This document shows, in pieces, positions 55,372 to 64,000 of a stretch of 64,000 bases of DNA. This DNA comes from Octopus vulgaris (taxonomy: Eukaryota): contig OX597830.1 of the NCBI GenBank assembly GCA_951406725.2, forward strand, positions 34,968,001 through 35,032,000, read 5' to 3'. How positions within the stretch are numbered: the stretch's first letter is position 1; the number at the start of each line of letters is the position of its first letter. Below the pieces are notes generated by a model that had not been told where the DNA came from, searched no databases, and saw only the letters and a list, made by a program, of their open reading frames with translations. The translations under genes were made by a program, and so were the position numbers.

Positions 55372-55725
55372 GCATATATAGATAGATATCCTGTTGCTTA
55401 TTTTGATTTCATTGATATATGTAGATGTATTCAAGTGTACATATATACGTACATACGTACATACATACACTCAAATACATTTATTTATATTACACACACT
55501 ATTCTTTGAGTAAGGGAGAGTTTGTGTGTATGCTTAGCTTTCCTTCTTAAGTGTGTTTTTTGTGTGTTTATATATGAGTAATTACGTCGATAACATTGAA
55601 GAATAGACATATAAATATTGTTTAATACGTCCACACATCTATTCATAATTTCATATAAACACACATATATGTCTGTGTGTGTGTGCGCGTGTGTTTGTAG
55701 ACATATATATGTATATATAGAGAGA

Positions 55726-55767
<42 letters not shown>

Positions 55768-57149
55768 CATCCATACATACATACATATATATACATATAC
55801 GAACACATACACACATATATATATACATGCATAAATACATACAAACATACACAGACATATATGGAATATATTTCACGTTCAGTCACATCGGCTGATATGC
55901 ATATGTGTATGTGTTTTTGTGTGTATGTGTGTATGTGTGTATGTGTGTGTGTGTGTGTGTGATGTGTGCTCTGTTTTCTGTCACCAGCCCCCGTCACTAA
56001 TATGTTCTACTTCATTTGTTTACCATTTCATTCTCCTAAGTGTAGGTTAGGCATTACTCACAGACAAATTTGGTTTAAGCTTTTGCTTATTTGCCGTGCA
56101 CTAAAAGCGTATTGACATCGTGTCTACGTAATTGTTGGAGATATGAAATTGATTTATACAAGCAAATCTTCTAATATGCTGGCCGTTAATAATTTCATAT
56201 ATTTCGTAGGTTCGGTGTTGGTACATATAAGTTTGGTGTTTCCTCTATAATAATTGACCAATCTTGTACACTATCTTCATTGGCACCTAAAGATAGAAAC
56301 CTGAAAGTGTTACAGGCGGTAATTCTTATATTTATTAACGCTGTTCCTCCTGTTTTTGTTGTTGTTGTTGTTGTTGTTTTTCTTCTTCTTCTTTTTCTTT
56401 TTCTGCTTCTTCTTCTTCTTCTTCTTCTTCTTCTTCTTCTTCTTCTTCCTGTTGTCTTCATTCTCGTAGTTCTTGTAATTGGTCTTCTTATTGTTGTCAT
56501 GGCTGTTTTTAAGTTGATCTTGTTTTGTCATTATTGTTGCTGCTGCCCCTGTTTGTGCGGTTGGATTATTGCTAGTCGTGTTACTGTTAGCTTTTGTTTT
56601 GTGCCGGTGTTGTGGCACATATTGCTGCTGTTGTTGTTCATATCATTACTGTTGCCTTTATTGACGCTGTTGTTGTGTGTAGTTCGAACAGTAGTATTTC
56701 AGGCTCGTTGTTGCTGTATTTTTGTTGGTTGTAGAAGCCATATTATTATCGCTGTCGTTAGTGGTGCTGGACTTATTGCTAGTGTTCGCAGCGTTGATAA
56801 TATATGGTGTGGCTGCTGTTGGACTCATTACTGCTGCTGTTCTCTTCTTCTTCTTCCAATCAGGACTCACGGCGTTAGCCACAAAGAATAATCTCTAATT
56901 CAAGCCTACTCTAAGCTACTAAGAATACGTGTAGCAACTTGAAGATCCACCCACCACACGCGATAGACTGGCGGTTGCACGGGCGCGAAAGCTGCGTTAT
57001 TATCCTTATTCCGTAAACGGTGGCTTTTCACAGGTGGAGAGCTGAACTATCTTGAGGTACAGAGGTTTCACAATCTAGACTAGGGTGTGAAAGTTTTACC
57101 ACACCATAGTGGGTTACACCATGATTCCTCTGCTTTGTGACAGAAATAT

Positions 57150-57337
57150 GAAGAAAGAGTGAAAGAAAGTTGTGGTGAAAGTGTACAGCGGGGTTCATCA
57201 CCCACCTCCCGCCGGAGCCTCGCGAGGCTTAGGTGTTTTTGCTCAATAAACACTCACAATGCCCGGTCTGGGAATTGAAACCGCGTTCTTACGACCACGA
57301 GTCCGCAGCCCTAACCACTGGGCCATTGCGCTTCCAC
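57150..57337 (-). mobile_element. SINE family B, 5' portion
   Basis: Minus strand GTGGAAGCGCAATGGCCCAGTGGTTAGGGCTGCGGACTCGTGGTCG...GGTTTCAATTCCCAGACCGGGC; homologous to 9800-9988. Confidence 0.85.
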
Positions 57338-57374
57338 TGCTGCTGTTGTTGTTATTACCGTTGTTCTTTTAGGT

Positions 57375-57528
57375 TCTTAATGGCCTGAGTTCATGTTCCA
57401 CCGAGCTCAGCTTTGCGTTTTATCCTTTCAGAATCAACAAAATAAATACCAGTTATGCAATGGGGTCGATGTAATCGACTAGCACCCCCCAACCCCGGAA
57501 AACTTCAATTTTTGTGCCAAAAGTAGAA
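57375..57528 (+). mobile_element. SINE family C fragment
   Basis: CTGAGTTCATGTTCCACCGAG...TATCCTTTC...AAATACCAGTT...GGGGTCGATGTAATCGACT...TTGTGCCAAAAGTAGAAA. Confidence 0.7.
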
Positions 57529-59624
57529 AATCTTGTCGTTGTCGTTGGTATTAAAATTTTCATTGTGGATGTTGCTGTTGCTGTTGTTCTTGGTTGTGTT
57601 TTTAAAAGCTGCTTTTGCTTACTAAGACACTCCAATCCAAGAAATGACACGGTTCTAGGTGGATTCTTCACCTTCTCACTCGAACTGACAGAAACAGAAA
57701 TAGCCCCCAGTTCATCCACAAATCAAATCCTACAATTTTTGTTTTTTTAATAATTGAGAATAACATTAAGAAGTATAATCCTTGATACACTACTTATGAT
57801 AAAACAACTAAAACGAAGACGTCATTGAATGTAGCCATTTTTAATCTACAATGAAAAGCAAAAACAAATACTCTTCCTTTTCCATTTCGTTTCGTACCTT
57901 TTTTAAATATTATTTTCTCTCCTGTGTTTGTTCATTGGTTCCAATACCAAGGATATCGTCTTCCTCTTCCATCTCTTTGGGACTCGATAAATTGAAAACA
58001 TGAAACCTTGATAAAATATCCAAGAAACCTGTTCAGTAATATACGATCGTTTTTCATACGTTGTTCGTTGAAGTACTTTTTTAAACATTAGATTACTGTT
58101 GGATTAACACTATATCTTTAGATAATTTAACCATATCTGCATGTTCGGCCAATGTGAAAACTGCGTCTGTAAATACAGAGTGTTCGCGAACAAAAACCGG
58201 TCAAATGCATAGTGTTTCAAATCTCCTGGAAGTTTCATTGATAGCTATTCACCTACCGTCATTGTCCACTGATAGCAGCATGTTAATATACAACGTGTTC
58301 GGGGGATAGTCACGGAAAGTAGTCAGATGCTGACAAAACTCCATGCAGTGTTGATATACACACACACACTCTCTCACACACCTATTTTTAACTAATATAC
58401 ATATGTATATGTTACTATATATAGAATAATTAGAAATTGTTTGGCCAGAATCGGATCAGACATTGGTTAACTTAATAACACCTTAATGGTACAACACTTT
58501 TACAGATTTTTCATATTACAGCCATTATCTAGGCACCGTATGCCATTCAAGTAAGGATTGCAGAGATATATCTGTGTGTAGATAGTTTATCTGGAATTAG
58601 TTGGGAGATATTTCTCCGCAACCGTTTATCCCAAGTGTTCAAGACGTACACTCTCTGAATACACCTGGCCAGCTTTTATGGTCAGTTTCTATTTGACTTT
58701 TCATCGGTGTTGTATGATTCAAGCACAAACCCTAAATGAAAAAGAAGAAATGAAAAGCAAATCAAATGCGTATATCTCAGACTTACCACTCATCTAAATA
58801 TTAAATGGTCAGTCACTACAGGATGAAATGTTTCGAGATGTATCGTTTGTTTAGGCATCAAGAAATCTAGCGTCTTCTAGAAACTTTAAGTCAACACTGT
58901 ATTAGCTGTGTAACTGCGTTTGTGCAACAATAAATGCAATCTTTCATAATGAAAATGCTGTCTGGAATAAAATTATGAAATATCTTAAAGGATTTTCTAT
59001 GACTGATCGATATTTCCCTGATTTCTAAAACACATTCACACACGCACATGTCTTAAAGAGTCGTTTTCGCCTTCAGAATACGGTACAGAAAGAAGGGTGA
59101 TTAGGATATCAATTCAAAAATCAAATTAATTATGAAATAAGGGAGGAGAACCTATTTTGTAAAGACGAACGATAGAGAAGAAAATCAAAAGGATCAGATG
59201 AAAAACTAGAAATCAATATCACTCGGAACTGACGAAATACGAAACTTGGAAGATATATTGCGGTGTAAAGAACGACATTTTGTGGATGATGCAACTTCAT
59301 ATTCTATAGCATGTCATCGTTGTAATTAGAGTGTGATTAATGAGTTGGAGAAAATCAATAGATTTACTTTGACTTTGGGTACGGATAATTAAAACCAGAG
59401 TAATTAAAACGAAAGCTGGCAAAAATAAGCGCTGTAATGTAATAATGATGATATTGAAAGTGAAAGATTATGAGTTATTTTGTTGTTGCTGTTGTTGCTG
59501 CTGTTGTTGTTGTTGTTGTTACAGTTGGTTGATGTTGCTATTCGTGTTATTGCTGTTCTTCTGCTTCCACTTGCAGCTCTTTCGTTGCTGTTGTTGTTGT
59601 TGTTTTTGTTGTCATCGGCGTTGT

Positions 59625-59820
59625 TGTTTATATTTAGTGCCCGGATTAACCCTTATAAAGCAAATGCTTGTTATAAAGAATTCCAACCGTGACGATCCCA
59701 TTAGACGATTTTGTATTTTATAGGACTACATTACGGAATTTGTCGTTTTCTTGTTCATTTCAAGTTAAATTTGGCTGCAGTTTCTAGCACTTTGCTCTGT
59801 CTATTAGAGACTCCTTTGAT
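59625..59820 (-). mobile_element. Old short retroposon family E
   Basis: ATTTGGCTGCAGTTTCTAGCA and AATTCCAACCGTGACGATC are reverse complements of motifs in the 18821 copy. Confidence 0.55.
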
Positions 59821-60060
59821 TTCTCGCATGAACTAATTGGTTTTGATAACAAAATGATGAGAATTCTAATTTGATGATATCATAGGTTCTGATTTAGAGA
59901 ATTTTGCTTTGAATTTTGAAACTCCTAGCCTAAATTATATATATGGAGGCGAGATGTGCGTGAGCACGCACATAGATCAGGTTCTCTGGAGTAACTGTAT
60001 TTCATGCTTATATATACGGGTAGACTTATTTATTCCACTGGGATTGGTCAAGTGATGTAG

Positions 60061-60106
60061 ACAACTTTGATAAGACCTCAATAACGGTCGAAAATGGATT
60101 AAAGAT
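60061..60106 (+). ncRNA. Decayed minimal type I hammerhead motif (unit 1)
   Basis: ACAACT-TTGATAA-GACC/TCAATAAC/GGTC-GAAA-ATGGAT-TA-AAG; two core transitions away from CTGATGA. Confidence 0.65.
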
Positions 60107-60224
60107 TTTCCTGCTATATTCAGACAACTGGAGAAATAGATAAACGTAGAACGTTTATCCGTCTAGTGGGTATATAGACAGTTTGGCTGATTCTTTCTCT
60201 GGAGACTGTTAGAATGAGATGGAC

Positions 60225-60270
60225 GCCTCTGATGAGAACCTAACAAGGTCCGAAAATTGATTAAAGTTGT
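60225..60270 (+). ncRNA. Minimal type I hammerhead motif (unit 2), intact catalytic core
   Basis: GCCT-CTGATGA-GAACC/TAACAA/GGTCC-GAAA-ATTGAT-TA-AAGTTGT; predicted cleavage after A60263. Confidence 0.78.
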
Positions 60271-60345
60271 TGATAATTTATTTTCAGTCTCCGGAGATAT
60301 GGCTAAAATTTGCCCTGTTTATAATTATACCATATGTTACATGTG

Positions 60346-60430
<85 letters not shown>

Positions 60431-60863
60431 GTATGTATGTATGTATGTATATATCTATGCGTGTGTGAGTGTGTAAAATATAACTAAGATTCAGTTGAAT
60501 TAGGTACTTAAATTGAGACACCTTGCTAATTCGGTATAGTCTGCACACCTCAACCATATTATTTGAAAAATGAATAGCAAGACTCTGTGTAGGCGTGTTT
60601 ATACCTAATATTCCTGCTGTGTGTGCAGACAACTCAACACAGCTAAATGAAGATATCCACTCTTGGTAATTCAAACTTTTTATATAAAGTAAATTTATAT
60701 AGGATTTCCAAAGAGCAGATTCCATGTTAGGTGAACAGAACATAAATAAGTAACAAAGATGTACAGGTGTCAATTCATTAAGGCCGTTTCAAGCAGCTCC
60801 TTTAAATTAAGTTGAAAGAAACCTCTCTCATCCGAAAAAAGCCGCTTCTCTCTCTCTTATATA

Positions 60864-62006
60864 TATGCTGTGTCACATGAAATGTCGTATTTTAAATGGG
60901 TTTCTTATGAGTCCTCTATAAATGGATTTTAATGAGTTTCTATGTATATAAGCTTGTGTTTACTCTTTACTCTTTTTCTTTCTAGACAATATTATAATTC
61001 AAAATTGCTACCCACAGCTCTTATGACAATGTTAACAAGTGAGCAATACCAAGTGACTTTCTTGTACGAATGCAAGTTGGGTCATTCTGCTACCAAAGCT
61101 CTACAAAATATTAAACGAGCTTTTGGTAACGATTCTGTTGACATTAGAACTATTCAGAGATCGTTTCAAAGATTTCGTTCAGGAAATGAAAGCCTTAAAA
61201 ATGAACCAGTAATTTGGCATGATGAATCGATTGCTTTGATTAAACAAAATCCGAGAACAATGATCCCAAAAATCGGATCAGAGCTCCAGACCACTCCCGC
61301 AACTGCTTCCCGACACTTGAAGAAAATTGGAAAATTCAAAAAGATGGACAGGTTTGTTTCCCATCAATTTAAAGAGATTCAAAGAAACAGACACCTTACA
61401 GTATGTTCCTTGCTGATTTCTCGGTTGGAGAGGGAACCATTTTTGTATCGACTCATTACATGTGATGAGAAATGGATATTCTTTGATAACAGCAGGAGAA
61501 AGGACAGTGATTAGTTGCAGGAAAGACACTAAAACACTACCCAAAACCACCATTGCACCCTAAAATTTTGATTGTATGCATTAAAAATGAAATAAGCAAG
61601 CCGGATTAGTGAATAGAGATGGCCTAATTTTGCTTCATGATAATGTCCGGCCTCATACTTCTCAAGCTACAAAGTTGCAAAGCCTGACTTACGAAATTTT
61701 GGCACAAACTCCTTATTCTCCTGATATCTCGCCTACTGATTATCACATATTTAAACACTTCGAGCTAGCTATACGCAATAAACCATTCTTAAATAAAGAA
61801 GAGGTAATTGAAGCATTCGAACAGCTTATCAGCGTAAAACATGACAAATTCTCTGAAGATGGAATATATGCCTTAGAGGAACGTCGGACAAAGATCATAA
61901 ATGAACGAGGATCGTATTTTCATTAAATAAATGAATATTCTAAAACTTAAAGAACAATTTTAATGCTTCCTTTTTCAAATGTGACGTTTCCTGTGAGACA
62001 ACCTAA
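60864..62006 (+). mobile_element. Mariner transposon (cecropia/Hsmar1-like), near full length, defective
   Basis: Imperfect TIRs TATGCTGTGTCACATGAAATGTCGTATTTTAAA / TTTCAAATGTGACGTTTCCTGTGAGACAACCTAA within TA tracts, enclosing transposase fragments. Confidence 0.93.
61029..61926 (+). pseudogene. Mariner transposase pseudogene
   Basis: HTH region (FLYECKLGHSA...NIKRAFG...RTIQRSFQRFRSGNESL), ITCDEKWIFFDN, stop at 61514, PKPPLHPK, internal deletion, LLHDNVRPH...YSPDISPTDYHIFKH. Confidence 0.93.
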
Positions 62007-62035
62007 TATATATATATATAGAGAGAGAGATAGAT

Positions 62036-62067
<32 letters not shown>

Positions 62068-62309
62068 TGTGTGTGTGTGTGTGTGTGTGTGAGTGAGTGT
62101 ATGTGTGCGTCCGTGCACGCGCGTGTTTGTGCCTACGTATCTATGCAAAATATCAAATAGGACATTCTCCCACTAATATAATACAGAAGAACAAATATCA
62201 TTTTGTGATAATCAGGCATTCGCCAGTGTTAGAATGAAATATGTACGAAATGGAGGTGCAGCAAACATGAACGGTTGCAATGATATTTGTAGACGTACAG
62301 GGATCAAAA

Positions 62310-62480
62310 TAAGCTATCGATTAGACTATTATGCAGCCCCAGTACTCAACTGCTACTTATTTTATCGACCCCGAAATATGTCGAATTCGATCTCGGCGAA
62401 ATTTCAACCTAGAATATAAAGAGAGAGGAAAAAATACATCAGTTTTATTCAGTTCGATGTGCTACAAAAAGCTCCAGCTA
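62310..62480 (-). mobile_element. SINE family C, diverged
   Basis: CCCCAGTACTCAACTGCTACTTATTTTATCGACCCCGAAA...GATCTCGGCGAAATTTCAAC. Confidence 0.65.
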
Positions 62481-62902
62481 AAATAAGGCTGAATATATTT
62501 ATTTAATTAACGGAGGGCCGCGAATTCTAGAGGATTAGTTTTATAAAACACTGAGTAAGTAAGCAGCAGTTTTTGACAACGAATATCTGAAGAAATATCC
62601 TATCCAACTATAGCAATTAGATATGTAGACAGGTAATGAGAGTGTATACGTACGCGGTAATAAAAGCATCATTAAGTCGATCATATACGATTGAAACAGA
62701 GTCTTAAAATTCAACGATGTGTTTCGCTTACGAAGTCTAAAAAAACCTACAAGTTACTTTCATCATAAAAATGTGGGAATTTTTTTTTTAAATATCTAAA
62801 GTGAAAGCTTTAACGACTCTAATAATTATTGATATCTTCGGCAGAAATTATATTTGTGTGTGATGTGTATATGCATATATCTATATATGTATATATGTAT
62901 GT

Positions 62903-63413
62903 CATTCAGTTTCATTTCAAGATTTCATGCCAATGTTGAAAGAGCTGGTTTCTAACCTAGAATGACGGCTCCTTCATTGGAAATACAACATCAATAACGG
63001 GGTATTTTTACTTGTTTGTGTGTATGTATATGTGCAGATTTGTATGTTTTGTTTTATGTTATGTTTACTCGTGTATATTGTTTCATATCTAGGCATGCAC
63101 ATATATATTTAAATGATAAACTTCTGGAAAGTTTTACAGAATTTTACAGTTCCAATGATGGATTGGCTCTGTAGTCTCCGAATTTGCTTTCACCTTCCTG
63201 GTTTTGAGAAGCTTAATTTCTCAAGATTGACATTTAGGCAGTGCGTTACATATCCCAGGGTCCCAATAATTACAGATATAAACCTGAATTTGTAACCTGG
63301 ATAGAGTAACTTCAGACTTCTCAGGAGTTCAACGTAGGTATTCTTTTTATCACTGATCTTCAGTTTTATGTTAACAACCGCTCTTCTCCATCCCAAATCA
63401 TTATATCAGATCT
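62903..63413 (-). mobile_element. RLE-type (R4/Dong-like) LINE 3' end with 3' UTR
   Basis: Minus strand DIMIWDGEE (PD-motif region), then VNIKLKISDKKNTYVELLRSLKLLYPGYKFRFISVIIGTLGYV...IIGTVKFCKTFQKFII*. Confidence 0.8.
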
Positions 63414-63678
63414 GTTGTTCTTACAATACCAGATAACCCGTTCTTCTATTTTTATTATGTCTTCTTTTTACGCCGCATTTAAGATGCCATTTATGTTTGT
63501 ATTGTATTGGAGTTGCGGCTTACCAAATAGCAGTGGACTTTTCTTCATCGATACATCCCGTGCTTTGGTAATGGATAACTTAACAGTTTGATATATGGCA
63601 CCCTCGCTAACCATGGATTGTGGTGTGCTCCACTTTGATATGTCTAGATTTCTAATGGATCCCTTTTAATAATACACG

Positions 63679-63713
<35 letters not shown>

Positions 63714-63795
63714 CAAACACACACAAACATACACAGAGAGAGATGCACACGCAGATAAACAAATAAATATATATATGTATATATATGTGAGTGTA

Positions 63796-63856
<61 letters not shown>

Positions 63857-63863
63857 ATGTGCA

Positions 63864-63945
63864 TACGACGGGCTTCTTTCAGTTTCCGTCTAACAAATCC
63901 ACTCACATCATCTTGGTCGGACTGAAACTATAGCATAAGACACTT
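63864..63945 (-). mobile_element. SINE family A fragment
   Basis: TACGACGGGCTTCTTTCAGTTTCCGTCTAACAAATCCACTCAC...GACACTT. Confidence 0.85.
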
Positions 63946-64000
63946 CCTCACACAGACACACACAAACGTACACAAACATATACATAGAGAGAGATACACA

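Larger units (their letters stand above)
59990..60342 (+). mobile_element. Retrozyme/PLE-pLTR-like element: diverged 162-nt tandem units, each with a hammerhead motif
   Basis: HHR cores at 60067 and 60229, GAAA at 60090 and 60252; flanks align between units; second genomic copy at 7937-8505; ends at (TA)n. Confidence 0.75.

Noticed and set aside
59229-59250. CTGACGA-AATAC-GAAAC hammerhead-like core
   Set aside because: Only 5 nt between the boxes, with no stem II, III or I pairing.

Overview
AT-rich, extremely microsatellite-dense eukaryotic DNA. The SINE families, the (AT)n/(GT)n/(AAT)n/(GATA)n load and the mariner/maT/R4-Dong remnants fit an octopus (coleoid cephalopod) genome; this is an inference, not a database result. 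I see no intact protein-coding gene, and almost all ORFs in the track are translations of simple repeats. The window is an intergenic or intronic mosaic of at least five short retroposon families (tRNA-headed, CORE-like and Nin/Deu-domain), 3' ends of CR1-type and R4/Dong-type LINEs, three mariner derivatives, a DD37D(maT)-like transposase pseudogene, and probable hAT and pogo relics. The most interesting signal is RNA-structural. Several small elements sitting in or beside (TA)n tracts carry minimal type I hammerhead ribozyme (HHR) motifs. One element has two HHRs exactly 162 nt apart (60067 and 60229), a retrozyme or Penelope pseudo-LTR-like architecture. A second, inverted copy at 7937-8505 has a SINE inserted into the HHR stem II loop. 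Two other HHR-like motifs lie at 33137 and 5977. Other oddities: a 140-bp-period triplication with conserved motifs and divergent spacers (54011-54440), a multi-hairpin 180-bp insert (5293-5470) and an 85-nt pre-miRNA-like hairpin (39305-39389).
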